Part shown: positions 20,742 through 31,457 of the stretch, piece by piece
Numbering within the stretch: position 1 is the stretch's first letter
Layout of the letters: every line of letters begins with the position of its first letter
Assembly: GCA_003707115.1 (NCBI GenBank)
Contig: PPNB01000012.1
Location: 124,001-188,000, forward strand
Origin: Tortispora ganteri
Lineage: Eukaryota
Length of the DNA stretch: 64,000 nucleotides
Direction of reading: 5' to 3'
Translations under genes and position numbers: made by a program
Notes under the pieces: model-generated
The model's database searches: none
The model's input: only the letters and a program-made list of their open reading frames with translations
What the model was told of the DNA's origin: nothing

Positions 20742-23700
20742 ATGAGTATGAATACCCCCGACACTGATGAACCGAGCGGCAGCAAGGACACTCAAGAGCC
20801 TTTGCCGCTCAAGAAACGAAGAGTCACCCGCGCTTGCGACGAATGTCGTCGCAAAAAGATCAGATGCGATGCCGAATCTCCTTGCTCGCACTGTGCAGCT
20901 TACGGTTACAATTGTACATACAATCAGCCCTCATTGAGACGCAAAGCCATGCAACTGAAATCGTTTCAGGAGATTGAAAAGCGACTCCAGTCGTACGAGC
21001 TTATTATCCACGCCCTGATACCCGATCTCGATCTTGACAGCCCAGACTTCGACCTTAAACACGTGCTCAACCAGATAAGGCGTACTAGACTCAAAATGGA
21101 GGGTTCAGAGCTGGAAGCAGATCCAGAAGAAGACGGCGTGCCTGCTTCACGCAGCGATTCCGCCACCGCTGGCAAAGGGCACAGCTCTGAATACGACCAC
21201 ATACAGTCTATTTATAACTCAACTAATTCTTCTATTGAAAGGGCTGCTCTGATTAAAAAACCTCTCCAAGAAGCTCTCGCAGACTACACTGACGACAACG
21301 AGCCCCAGATTGAGTCTATGATCGAGGCTATTGCTAAACTTGACATCGACGAATGGGACCGCGTCGATTTCTTTGGACACTCATCTGGCCGTGCATTTTT
21401 CCAAGGTATCCTTTCTCAATTTGATGAGCACCTCCTTGACAAGTCATTAAAGGAATGGGCTAGAGTCATGAATTTGAACCTGGATGCAATAAATATGCAG
21501 CCTACAACAATACCATTCTTGACTGAGCTATATAGCATGTTGCCTCCAAAGGCACATTGCCTCTATCTTGTCGATGTGGCTTTTACTCAGGCGATGGCTC
21601 TGACTACTGTATTTCACGTACCTTCTTTCCTTGAATCTGTTGAACAAATATACGCTACTTCCCCCTCTGAATTCACAGCAAAGAAGCAACAATTCTTAAC
21701 TGTTTTAATATCCACTTTGTCGGTAGGAATACTTTTTGCAGATACTCCTTTGGATTCTGCTATAAAATACGACAAATCACAAGCTTACGACTTTTATCTT
21801 GCTGCTAAGCGGGTTCTTGATTTCAAAGGACCACGCGGTTTTCATACAATGAAAGCTGTACTCTCTTTGCTTATGATGCTAACATATTTATTCAGTACTA
21901 CCAGGCTATCAGAATGTTATACATTTTCTGGCATTGCTCTGCGCGCTGCATTAAGTATTGGTCTTCATCGACGGGTTCTTAACAAATTTTCCTCTATCGA
22001 GCTAGAAGTGAGAAAACGTCTGTTCTGGTCTTTAAGAAAGCTGGATATCTATTCTGGTGCCATTACGGGCCTGCCTACAGGCTTGAGATTGCGCGATATT
22101 ACTCAAGATATACCGCTAGACATTGAAGATGAGTTCTTGACAGACAATGGAGTTTTGCCGCATACCAAGACAATTTCTCCTATCTCATTCTCGCTTGTTC
22201 ACAATCGCCTCATTGAGATATTGGGACACACGGTAACAACTGTTTACCCTACTAAGCCGTCTACTATGGAGCAATCTGGTATGCATCGCATTAAGTACTC
22301 TCAGATTGCTCACATTGAACGCGAATTGCGCGATTGGGTGCATTCACTTCCTGAAGAACTCAAGCCGAACATGCAGAACCCGTGTGAGTATGGTATGAAT
22401 CAAGGTCTCTTGTATTTATCTTACTGTCATGTACGTCTGTTTCTGTACAGGCCTTTTATCCATTACGTTTCTGCTTCTAGAACGAACACCACGGCTACAG
22501 AGTATATGTGCGCAATGAATTGTGTTAATTGTGCTCGCATTGTTATGAACGTTGCAGATGTACTTTCCGCGAAGAATATGCTCAATCCGCACTATTGGTT
22601 TACTATTTACACGATTTTCTTTGCTGTTACGTGCTTAGTGTATTATTCTTCGGAGAATTTGGGACATCCAAGTGCTTTCATTGTGAGAAAAGATGCTGAA
22701 ATCGGCAAGAACATTTTAGGAAAGTTCCGAAAACATTCCACACCTGCAGCAAGAAATTACTTGATAGTTGTAAAGCTGTTTGAGAAACTGGATAAGCGAA
22801 TGGCTAATGTTGACATTTCGCTATTCAATTCTGATACCTCTGCCGCGGGCTGGAATCTACAAGTCAAACCGAGGGCTGAAGAAAGTGCAGTTTACGACAT
22901 AGAAAGTGTGAATGCTAATACGTCCTTGAATGACCCTAATGGAATGTCTGGAACTCCAAGAATGTCAGATATTGCTCCGAGCAGTGTGACGAGTGATATG
23001 TCCAAATCACCCATAAACGATTCTGGTTCGACAAGTACCGAAGAGCCAGTGATGTATGATCAGTTGTGGAATGGGACTGGAGTGGCTGACATGATTAGGT
23101 TAAACCAGGACAACGGACCTGCAATGGCAGGCGTACAGAACGACATGGCCCAGATGCAACACGACTATTCTAATATTGCGAGGCTAGCCGCTGAATGGAA
23201 TAGTCAGCAACAGAATCGACAACAACCGCCGTTATTAAGACCGAAACCGGATAATAATAGTGATTCTCGGATATATGACGTGCCAGGAAATGATATGTTT
23301 GACGGTAGAAGCTGGGATGGAAGACAGCCACAGGCCAGTATCCAAGCTAAAATCGGTGAAAAGGAGAGAAGTGGGACGTTTGATGTCTCTTCAGATAATA
23401 TGAATTACGGCAATGAATCGAACGAAGGGAACAACCAAAGCATAGTGACGTCTATGTATCGACCGCCTGGCGGTACAGACCCGGACTTCCCGCAGTTTGT
23501 TAATATGGGGTCACAGCAAATGGGTAACATGAGTGGCATAAACAAAACTAAAGGAGAATATGGCGGTCTAAGTGAAGAGAAAGTGGGCGGAGGAGATAAT
23601 GCTATGGGCGGGGATTATAGTGGATATTTTGATGCTGTTCTTCCGCCATTGCCGCAGCTGTCTTCCTATGACATATTTCCTGAGTACAACAACAATGCAG

Positions 23701-23801
23701 AGTCTACACCTGAAGGAGAATTCTACGGACAATTTAATTTACCGCCACAGGATAGTACGGCCGAGAACGTTAGCGGTGGAGGTAGTCGATATCGAAGCTG
23801 A
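20742..23801 (+). CDS. ASG1: Zn(II)2Cys6 transcription factor, Asg1-like
   Basis: KKRRVTRACDECRRKKIRCD...CSHC...CTYNQP zinc cluster, fungal TF middle domain (GLHR, EVRKRLFW), LYRPFIHY, YWFTIYTIFFAV. Confidence 0.85.
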   Translation: MSMNTPDTDEPSGSKDTQEPLPLKKRRVTRACDECRRKKIRCDAESPCSHCAAYGYNCTYNQPSLRRKAMQLKSFQEIEKRLQSYELIIHALIPDLDLDSPDFDLKHVLNQIRRTRLKMEGSELEADPEEDGVPASRSDSATAGKGHSSEYDHIQSIYNSTNSSIERAALIKKPLQEALADYTDDNEPQIESMIEAIAKLDIDEWDRVDFFGHSSGRAFFQGILSQFDEHLLDKSLKEWARVMNLNLDAINMQPTTIPFLTELYSMLPPKAHCLYLVDVAFTQAMALTTVFHVPSFLESVEQIYATSPSEFTAKKQQFLTVLISTLSVGILFADTPLDSAIKYDKSQAYDFYLAAKRVLDFKGPRGFHTMKAVLSLLMMLTYLFSTTRLSECYTFSGIALRAALSIGLHRRVLNKFSSIELEVRKRLFWSLRKLDIYSGAITGLPTGLRLRDITQDIPLDIEDEFLTDNGVLPHTKTISPISFSLVHNRLIEILGHTVTTVYPTKPSTMEQSGMHRIKYSQIAHIERELRDWVHSLPEELKPNMQNPCEYGMNQGLLYLSYCHVRLFLYRPFIHYVSASRTNTTATEYMCAMNCVNCARIVMNVADVLSAKNMLNPHYWFTIYTIFFAVTCLVYYSSENLGHPSAFIVRKDAEIGKNILGKFRKHSTPAARNYLIVVKLFEKLDKRMANVDISLFNSDTSAAGWNLQVKPRAEESAVYDIESVNANTSLNDPNGMSGTPRMSDIAPSSVTSDMSKSPINDSGSTSTEEPVMYDQLWNGTGVADMIRLNQDNGPAMAGVQNDMAQMQHDYSNIARLAAEWNSQQQNRQQPPLLRPKPDNNSDSRIYDVPGNDMFDGRSWDGRQPQASIQAKIGEKERSGTFDVSSDNMNYGNESNEGNNQSIVTSMYRPPGGTDPDFPQFVNMGSQQMGNMSGINKTKGEYGGLSEEKVGGGDNAMGGDYSGYFDAVLPPLPQLSSYDIFPEYNNNAESTPEGEFYGQFNLPPQDSTAENVSGGGSRYRS

Positions 23802-23870
23802 TATTGATATCCGATATGATGCGGATGTATTATATGGTAGAATAGGAGTTCAAAAAAAAAAAGAACTAGA

Positions 23871-24617
23871 TTAGAAATTTCCGTACTCGAGATCGTCGAT
23901 AAGGGCATTATCGAGCGTCATTGAATGGTTATTATAGGTTGATTTCTTTCTGGGTAGACACCTGGAGACTGTGTTTTTGATACCTGCTATGTGGGGTAAC
24001 TGGTCTATGCCACCTCTGTGGAGCACAGTTCGTCGGTAAAAGGTACTTGCAAAGCAATAAACGAGGAACATTATGAGAAATATGAGACCGAAAATTGCCC
24101 AAGGAGAGAGAGTTTCCTGGACATTAGTGGCAGCACAGGCATGTGCTGTGCGTACCTCGAAAACGTAAAAGCAGTCGTATTGTTCACCTATAAACGAGAT
24201 AGCCGCCTGCTGCATGATCTCACGGTCACATATGAAGCTGAATAGCGATGATCGATAGTAATCTGAGCCCGGACACCGGTCTCCGTGTGTGTACTCTAGC
24301 ACGAGTTTTCTGCCGCGGAAGTACGGCGTCGTAGAGTATCTACCGATTGAGACAGAACGTGAACCATTGTGATAGAGCGCGCCTATATCCGTTGAGACGG
24401 TATGGTCTTGGTCAATCAGCGGTTCGCATATATTTATAGAGAAGTTGCTCATGTAGTCATGTCCTCGGGCTTTATAGTTAAAGGTGGCACCAGCTGCTGA
24501 CCGTGCTAGTCCGCTCAAGTCATAAAATTGGCCATTTTGTGAGTTCGTTATAGTACATTCTTTGTGAAGATCTCCAAGACAAAACCCTATAAGCGCCAGT
24601 ACTGATATTAGAATCAT
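23871..24617 (-). CDS. MRL1: Mannose-6-phosphate receptor-like protein
   Basis: Signal peptide, MRH domain (FYDLSGL, NFSINIC, FRGRKLVLEY, CFYVFEVRTAHAC), TM helix, QLPH tail. Confidence 0.87.
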   Translation of the reverse strand: MILISVLALIGFCLGDLHKECTITNSQNGQFYDLSGLARSAAGATFNYKARGHDYMSNFSINICEPLIDQDHTVSTDIGALYHNGSRSVSIGRYSTTPYFRGRKLVLEYTHGDRCPGSDYYRSSLFSFICDREIMQQAAISFIGEQYDCFYVFEVRTAHACAATNVQETLSPWAIFGLIFLIMFLVYCFASTFYRRTVLHRGGIDQLPHIAGIKNTVSRCLPRKKSTYNNHSMTLDNALIDDLEYGNF

Positions 24618-24686
24618 TATGTTCTACAGCCAGAGTTTGTTGGTGGTGGGTTCATCAAACAATGAAAAAAGGTTAAATGACTTTCA

Positions 24687-25898
24687 CTATAAAAACCCAA
24701 ATGATCCGATCTGGCTCACATACGGTTCATGATCGTTCTGTGCCGCTGGATCAATTTTAATTTCTCCAATAATACCTGAATCTTCATCATCATCTTCTTC
24801 ATCGTCTTCATCATCTTCTTCGTCGTTATCCTCGCTGTCCTCCTCGAGATCTACCTCGACATCCTGTTCGAGTTCATCTTCACTGCCGCTCGGTGACCCT
24901 CCATCATCCGTCCCGGACTCGAAATTGCCATCCAATTCTTCGTCGTCTGAATCTCCTGGATGTTCAGGAACGGGCTCGGATTTTACAGCAAGATTGTGTT
25001 CTGCCTGCTCTAATTCGACGGGCATCTCGGCATTAGCTGTCGCTTTAGCGCGCCGCGAGTCCGCCATACTTTGGTCATTCACACCCTTCTCCTTGATATA
25101 GTCGTCAATCGCTTGGTACGCTGACTGATCGATCATACTAAACTCAATATCTTTCTTTGTCTCTTCAAAGAACGACACCACTATATTGAACGTCAACCGT
25201 GTGATTGACACGTACGATACCGATTCGATCGCAGATAGCGGGAGAATGACCAATGGTTTCTTGAACCCAAACAGCAGGTACTCGTCGAGAAAAAACAGAT
25301 ATCCATCGCGCGATCCTAGGTATGCAGACGCTAATCCTTTCTTTTTGGATTCAATCTCGCGATTTAGCGGCCGCGAGATCGCCATTCCAAATCGCTCGAT
25401 AGCGTCGATCATAAAATTCACCAGTGGCAATGGCTGCAGAGTAGCCGCCAGTCCTCGCGTCTCCACTTTCGTCATGTCTACAGGCAACTCATTCAAATTG
25501 ATCATAATCATATTGTCGCCTTCTTTGAACACAATATTAAACTGTTTTGTAGCCTTGTCGGGCACAGGCAGTACCGCGATCAGTTCCGGGTTACTAATGA
25601 TCGTCTCGCCGTCATTTATGTAAACACACCCTTCACTCACACCAATTGTGCATTTCTTACGCACAGGTATAAGCACAGATACGTCTTTCACCGTAATACT
25701 CTCTGATTCGCCAATATAACTAGAAATTGATTTGTCTAATTTAGCTTTCTTACGTCGTCTTTCTCCTTCAGCAGCATTCTTCTCATATCGAACAAACTCT
25801 AAGAACACATTCAGCTTGTTTCCATCATCACCAATAAATTCGCGAATACATTCAAACAATTCCCGGTCTCCGCCAAAACGCGCTTCAATCTCATCCAT
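24687..25898 (-). CDS. RTT106: Histone chaperone Rtt106
   Basis: GSRDGYLFFL..YLLFGFKKP, VSYVSITRLTFNI, IEFSMIDQ, acidic tail. Confidence 0.9.
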   Translation of the reverse strand: MDEIEARFGGDRELFECIREFIGDDGNKLNVFLEFVRYEKNAAEGERRRKKAKLDKSISSYIGESESITVKDVSVLIPVRKKCTIGVSEGCVYINDGETIISNPELIAVLPVPDKATKQFNIVFKEGDNMIMINLNELPVDMTKVETRGLAATLQPLPLVNFMIDAIERFGMAISRPLNREIESKKKGLASAYLGSRDGYLFFLDEYLLFGFKKPLVILPLSAIESVSYVSITRLTFNIVVSFFEETKKDIEFSMIDQSAYQAIDDYIKEKGVNDQSMADSRRAKATANAEMPVELEQAEHNLAVKSEPVPEHPGDSDDEELDGNFESGTDDGGSPSGSEDELEQDVEVDLEEDSEDNDEEDDEDDEEDDDEDSGIIGEIKIDPAAQNDHEPYVSQIGSFGFL

Positions 25899-26220
25899 TT
25901 GTCGTCCGCTTATAGAACGCGCTATACTCTATCTATCTCAAGCCAAGAACGTGCTATTTAGGGTTCGGCCCCCTATCTCCTGGCCCTAGCCGCTCTTCAA
26001 AGTCACTGTCACAAATGATCACTTTAGCTTGGGACAATCACCCCCTCTTATTGGCTATAAAATCTTTTAATAAATTTTAACCCTAACCTACTATTACCCG
26101 GCCTGTGAGAACCTTCTATAAAGACTACATGCAAAATTTTCTAGCTTTCTTCTTTGTCTACTCACACCTGAAATCACTTTGCGTTTCGATCTGAGTGCTA
26201 ATTTGTAATCGTTTGATAAA

Positions 26221-28012
26221 ATGGTAAGTCTACACTCTTATGAACCTTGAGGCAAATTGTATTTATTTTTTTGCTAAAAAAAAATCACCGCCTTTCGCTG
26301 CCCCTGTCGATTTGTTCCTCCATCTTCTTTTATGCCCAGTTCTTTTTTCTGGTCTAACGAGAGAGTTACTATTTGTTGCTCTCTATACAGTCGATAAACA
26401 TTCTATTTTTGATTAGCAATGGAAATGTATTTTCCTGTCTGTGTGTCGATAATGTGTCCCCATAAGATACTTCTGGCTGAAAAAATTTTCGGAAATTTTT
26501 TTCAACTGGTTCCACCCACTTAAAGTTACAGGGCTTCCAAAAGGGGTTGGGGGAGGTGTAGTGATGCCCTCCAAGGTTTGAATTTTTCCTTGGTTTTTCT
26601 ATTTTTTATTGAATTGCATACTAACTATATTTTAGGGTAAAGAAAAAGCTCACGTTAATGTCGTCGTCATTGGACACGTCGATTCTGGAAAGTCCACCAC
26701 CACTGGCCACTTGATCTACAAGTGCGGTGGTATTGACAAGCGTACCATCGAGAAGTTCGAGAAGGAAGCCGCCGAACTCGGTAAGGGTTCCTTCAAGTAC
26801 GCTTGGGTTCTCGACAAGCTCAAAGCTGAGCGTGAACGTGGTATCACTATTGATATTGCTCTCTGGAAATTCGAGACTCCTAAGTACTACGTTACTGTCA
26901 TTGATGCCCCTGGACATCGTGATTTCATCAAGAACATGATCACTGGTACTTCCCAGGCCGATTGCGCTATTCTCATCATTGCCGCCGGTACTGGTGAGTT
27001 TGAGGCTGGTATCTCCGGAAACGGTCAGACTCGTGAGCACGCTCTCCTCGCCTTCACCCTTGGTGTCCGTCAGCTCATCGTCGCCATCAACAAGATGGAT
27101 GCCGCCAACTGGTCCGAGGATCGTTTCAACGAAATTGTCAAGGAGACTTCCAACTTCATCAAGAAGGTTGGTTACAACCCCAAGACTGTTCCTTTCGTGC
27201 CCATCTCTGGCTGGAACGGTGACAACATGATTGAGGTCACCACCAACGCTCCCTGGTACAAGGGATGGCAAAAGGAGACCAAAGCTGGTGTCGTCAAGGG
27301 CAAGACCCTTCTCGAAGCCATTGATGCCATCGAGCCTCCTACTCGTCCTGTCGAGAAGCCTCTCCGTCTTCCCCTCCAGGATGTCTACAAGATCGGTGGT
27401 ATTGGAACGGTGCCTGTCGGTCGTGTTGAGACTGGTTGCATCAAGCCCGGTATGGTTGTTACTTTCGCTCCTGCTGGCGTTACCACTGAAGTCAAGTCCG
27501 TTGAGATGCACCACGAACAGCTCACTGAAGGTCTCCCCGGTGACAATGTTGGATTCAACGTCAAGAACGTCTCCGTCAAGGATATTCGTCGTGGAAATGT
27601 CTGCGGTGACTCCAAGAACGATCCTCCCAAGGCTTGCGACAACTTCACTGCTCAGGTAATTGTCATGAACCACCCTGGTCAGATCGGTGCCGGATACTCT
27701 CCCGTCCTTGACTGCCACACTGCTCATATTGCTTGCAAGTTCGACACCCTTCTTGAGAAGATCGACCGTCGTACCGGTAAGAAGATTGAGGACAACCCCA
27801 AGTTTATCAAGTCTGGAGATGCCGCTATGGTAAAGATGGTTCCTTCCAAGCCTATGTGTGTTGAGACCTTCACTGAGTACCCTCCTCTTGGTCGTTTCGC
27901 CGTCCGTGACATGCGTCAGACCGTTGCTGTCGGTGTCATCAAGGCTGTCGACAAGACTGACAAGGGTGCCGGCAAGGTCACCAAGGCTGCTCAGAAGGCT
28001 GCCAAGAAGTAA
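26221..28012 (+). CDS. TEF1: Translation elongation factor 1-alpha. Exon 1 is the ATG alone (26221-26223); exon 2 is 26636-28012.
   Basis: Spliced product [37 protein letters not shown]... to AAQKAAKK, with strong codon bias. Confidence 0.98.
26224..26635 (+). other. Spliceosomal intron (412 nt) immediately after the TEF1 ATG
   Basis: GTAAGT at 26224, TACTAAC at 26619-26625, TAG at 26633-26635, phase 0. Confidence 0.95.
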
Positions 28013-28144
28013 GTTTAGGCTCTTCTGCATTTTCGATGCCCCGTGGAAAAAAAAAAAGTACATAATGATTCGCTTTCTGTGTACTCAATAGAACCGCGTT
28101 TTACTTTTTTTTTATACTAGTTTAGCTTCTTTCTTCTTTAACAA

Positions 28145-29104
28145 CTATTCGTAGTCTAAGTAACTCTGCCCAAACATATCCTCGTAAGTATGATACCTTT
28201 TCCCTCGGTTTAGATGATTTATTATTTCTATATCTTCTTCATCGAGGTCTGTTATAATATAGTTGTCCTTTATATATGTCGGTACAGTTGCTGCAGGTAC
28301 TGTGCAGACCCCTCTGGCATAGTTCCAGGATATGATCACTTGTAAGGGTGTGATCTGATATTTTTGAGCAATTTGGGCAATATTTGGGTCCTCGACCATC
28401 AGTGGTTCAGTTCTAAGTGGGTCATTCTTCTTGGTAAGATTTCCGAATGGAGCATAGGCTGTGATTGCGATTCCCTGAGATTCACAATACTCATGCAGTT
28501 CCGGTTGAGTAAGGTATGGATGCATTTCGATCTGATTAACCACAGGTTTGATTCGCGCAATTTTTAAGAGTTCTTGTAGGTCAGTTTTTCTATAATTAGA
28601 TACTCCGATATTTCGAATTTTACCTTCCTCTACAAGCTCCTCAAGGGCAGCCCATGTTTCTGATATCGGTATATCGATTTTGTGCATGTAGCCATCACTT
28701 TCGCGTGGTTTCGGATCGATATCGAAACCGTCCTCGTCAATACCAGCATTACGCACAGCAAATGGCCAATGTAACAGTGCAAGGTCTACGTAATCTGTCT
28801 GCAGGTCTGCCAGCGACTTCTCGATAGACTGTCGCACAAGGTCTCTTGTATAGTGTGTCATCCAAACTTTGGTAGTAAGCCATACTTGTTCCCGCGGCAG
28901 ATGTGATAGTTTTAGTCCTTTTCCAACAAACTTCTCAGACTGATAGAAGTACGCACTGTCAATAAGTCTGTAGCCGAATCGCAGGGCCTCAGAAACAGCC
29001 TCGGCAAAACTGTCGTCCTCGACATTGGCTGTCCCTAGACCAACAAGTGGCATTTCGGCGCCATTAGAGAGAGTCTTCTTACCGGTGGCAAATCGCATAG
29101 GCAT
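28145..29104 (-). CDS. Aldo-keto reductase (Gcy1/Ypr1-like)
   Basis: MPLVGLGT, catalytic tetrad in IDSAYFY, TTKVW and LLHWP, plus IGVSNY and NQIEMHPYL. Confidence 0.92.
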   Translation of the reverse strand: MPMRFATGKKTLSNGAEMPLVGLGTANVEDDSFAEAVSEALRFGYRLIDSAYFYQSEKFVGKGLKLSHLPREQVWLTTKVWMTHYTRDLVRQSIEKSLADLQTDYVDLALLHWPFAVRNAGIDEDGFDIDPKPRESDGYMHKIDIPISETWAALEELVEEGKIRNIGVSNYRKTDLQELLKIARIKPVVNQIEMHPYLTQPELHEYCESQGIAITAYAPFGNLTKKNDPLRTEPLMVEDPNIAQIAQKYQITPLQVIISWNYARGVCTVPAATVPTYIKDNYIITDLDEEDIEIINHLNRGKRYHTYEDMFGQSYLDYE

Positions 29105-29597
29105 GTAAGATGCAATAAAAAGACAAATATATACTGGGACTGTGCTGCTAATATATCAAGAGAAGAAATTGCAATCGCCTTAAGAGTGCTGGGTGGGAGT
29201 CTATCCTAAACTTAGAAACTGCCGCCCACCCGAACACTTTGTGAGATATAAATTTGATATTTTCGCGCAATACATATTTGCATGTGAGCTACTCACAATT
29301 ATGTAGTATTTTCTTTTAAAAAAACAGCTCCAAATATACACCAGTGGCATAATTCGCTAAACGCAAGACCCCTGTAAACAAATAAGCAAACGGCAGTTGA
29401 AACGTTATTCCCAATAAGGTGCTAGCGAAACTTTATATTAAATAAGGTTTACTTTAATTGTGTACTCCAAGAGCTCTACGTTACAGAGTCGTCCGAGCAC
29501 CAGAATATCCTACATGGTAGCAATTCAGTGATCTTTATTAAGCAATTATTTTTCATTTTCGTATATTCAGCAACAAACATAAAGGTTAGTTAGCAGT

Positions 29598-31457
29598 TCA
29601 TCGGTTTGCATCGTGCTGAAGATGTTGGTCTTTAAGCTGCTGGAGGTGATGATGATGTTGATGACGTTGATGATGTTGATGCTGTTGCTGCTGAAGTTGG
29701 TGGTGCTCGGGCATTCCGTGTTCGTCAACCAGACTTTGTAGTTCTGGGCCTTGCAGGGACGCTTGCGACTGGAAGTCGAAAGACACATTCGGAGTATAGG
29801 GAGTCATATTGGGCATGTTACTGCCTTGCATGATCAAACTAGAAGTAAAACTATAGTCTTCTTGCATTGGAGTAGCAGCAGGTCCACCGGTGTTACCGGT
29901 TGAACCAAACAGCAGGTTGAAGTTCGATCTATTTGGCGTAGTCGGCCCAGTTGACTTGTTTTGGTCAACCAAAATAGCTTGTTTTCTTTCTTGATCTAGT
30001 CGTGATTTACGACTAACTAGCCGTCTGATAGCTGCACGAGCATCAGCACAGGCTATTTCAGGTTTGTGAGAAGCAAAATGCTTGAATTTGGAAAGCCTGC
30101 TTCCAGGGTTGCGACTTGCAATTTCTGCAGCGCTCAGCAAATAGCTTAGCTCGTCGTCTTTCTCTTCGTCATCGTCCTCCTCGCTCTCCTCCGCACCGAA
30201 AGTCTCTGTAGAACAATTAGTCAGTCCAGACATAGTGAGAGTCATACCGTATTCCTCTTCGTCGTCCTGCGGGCCCATTATATCAAACATTCCACGCTTT
30301 GCACTCATTCCAGATGAGCTTACAGGCGCAGATTCAACATGTGAGTTGCCGGAGGTGAAGATAGATAGGCCGCGAACAGGAGGTTTGGCGCTGTTCGGAG
30401 CAGAGGTTGATACAGACATAGCAGACTGCGACGTAGAATCGGTTTTCACTACAGTTGCTTGGCCATGTGGAGAAACAATTAGCGAGACAGTAGGGCGACG
30501 AGTCTCTGTAAGGTTGTTAGTCGATAAAGACCTCTCGAAAGCGGAGTGGGGTGGGTCCGGAAGGTCATAGCCTGTCAACGGAATGCCTTCTAAATGAGTT
30601 GGAGCAACCGTGTAGGATCTAGCACGACGCATAGCAGATCTCGGGGTGGCAGCGATTGCTACCTGAGGGATTGTATCGGGTTCGTTTGAGTCAAGTGCTC
30701 TGAACTTGTTCGAGAACGACCTGACACGGCGCATGTTGCGGGGCGAAGGGCGGACGGTTGACTGCAGGTCAAGGCCTTCCGAGACCTGAGGCAACGCAGA
30801 TACGGAATGCGTTCGTCGCTGAAGTAGAGAGGCAGAGAGAACAGTAGAGTCACTGTGCCGAGACAAGTACTGAGGACGGGGTTGCGTAACCGGTTGCTGG
30901 CTCTGATCGAGAGGCTGGATGTCGGTGTAGCTGCCAGAAGGATTGATCGAAGAGACGGATCCAGAGTATGAGGAAGAGGAGAAGTCAGAGGCTGCAGGAA
31001 TTGAGGAATTTGAGCGGGAGAGATTCTGGGAAGCGTTAAATTTGGATGTGAGGTCGCGGGAAACGTTACCGGACCAGGGTTGCGAACCGGGAGAGCCATT
31101 GTAATAATAGTTTCCCGATATAGGAGAGGACATTATAATTGCTTTGAATTTTGCATTGGAAGACATGTGGCTACCATTGTCAGTGTCTATACGGGATAGC
31201 TGAGCCGAGATAGGAGTTGCAGGGAACATTGAGGCTGGTGAAGTATTGGCAGAGGAGGAGAAAATCAAAGATGGATTTATATCGTCAGAAGTTTTGTTTG
31301 GAGATGTAAAGATGGGTGCGAGAGATCCATCTCTATTGAAAGAAGTATGATCGTGTGGTAGGATGTGGACATACTGACTATTCTGTTGGACTTTGTGAGG
31401 AGGGTATGACCAGAACTGGTCGTCATTTGAGGGAACGTCAGGGTCCATTTGTGGCAT
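29598..31457 (-). CDS. Uncharacterised Ser/Pro-rich disordered protein with an acidic patch and a Gln/His-rich tail
   Basis: 619-codon ATG-initiated ORF occupying its own locus. No domain recognised. Confidence 0.75.
   Translation of the reverse strand: MPQMDPDVPSNDDQFWSYPPHKVQQNSQYVHILPHDHTSFNRDGSLAPIFTSPNKTSDDINPSLIFSSSANTSPASMFPATPISAQLSRIDTDNGSHMSSNAKFKAIIMSSPISGNYYYNGSPGSQPWSGNVSRDLTSKFNASQNLSRSNSSIPAASDFSSSSYSGSVSSINPSGSYTDIQPLDQSQQPVTQPRPQYLSRHSDSTVLSASLLQRRTHSVSALPQVSEGLDLQSTVRPSPRNMRRVRSFSNKFRALDSNEPDTIPQVAIAATPRSAMRRARSYTVAPTHLEGIPLTGYDLPDPPHSAFERSLSTNNLTETRRPTVSLIVSPHGQATVVKTDSTSQSAMSVSTSAPNSAKPPVRGLSIFTSGNSHVESAPVSSSGMSAKRGMFDIMGPQDDEEEYGMTLTMSGLTNCSTETFGAEESEEDDDEEKDDELSYLLSAAEIASRNPGSRLSKFKHFASHKPEIACADARAAIRRLVSRKSRLDQERKQAILVDQNKSTGPTTPNRSNFNLLFGSTGNTGGPAATPMQEDYSFTSSLIMQGSNMPNMTPYTPNVSFDFQSQASLQGPELQSLVDEHGMPEHHQLQQQQHQHHQRHQHHHHLQQLKDQHLQHDANR
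29646..29705 (-). repeat. Coding CAG/CAT/CAA microsatellite (poly-Q/H)
   Basis: gtgatgatgatgttgatgacgttgatgatgttgatgctgttgctgctg on the + strand. Confidence 0.7.

Noticed and set aside
26621..28063. 480-aa ORF antisense to TEF1
   Set aside because: It mirrors the TEF1 frame and is the expected by-product of strong codon bias. It has no protein-like motifs.
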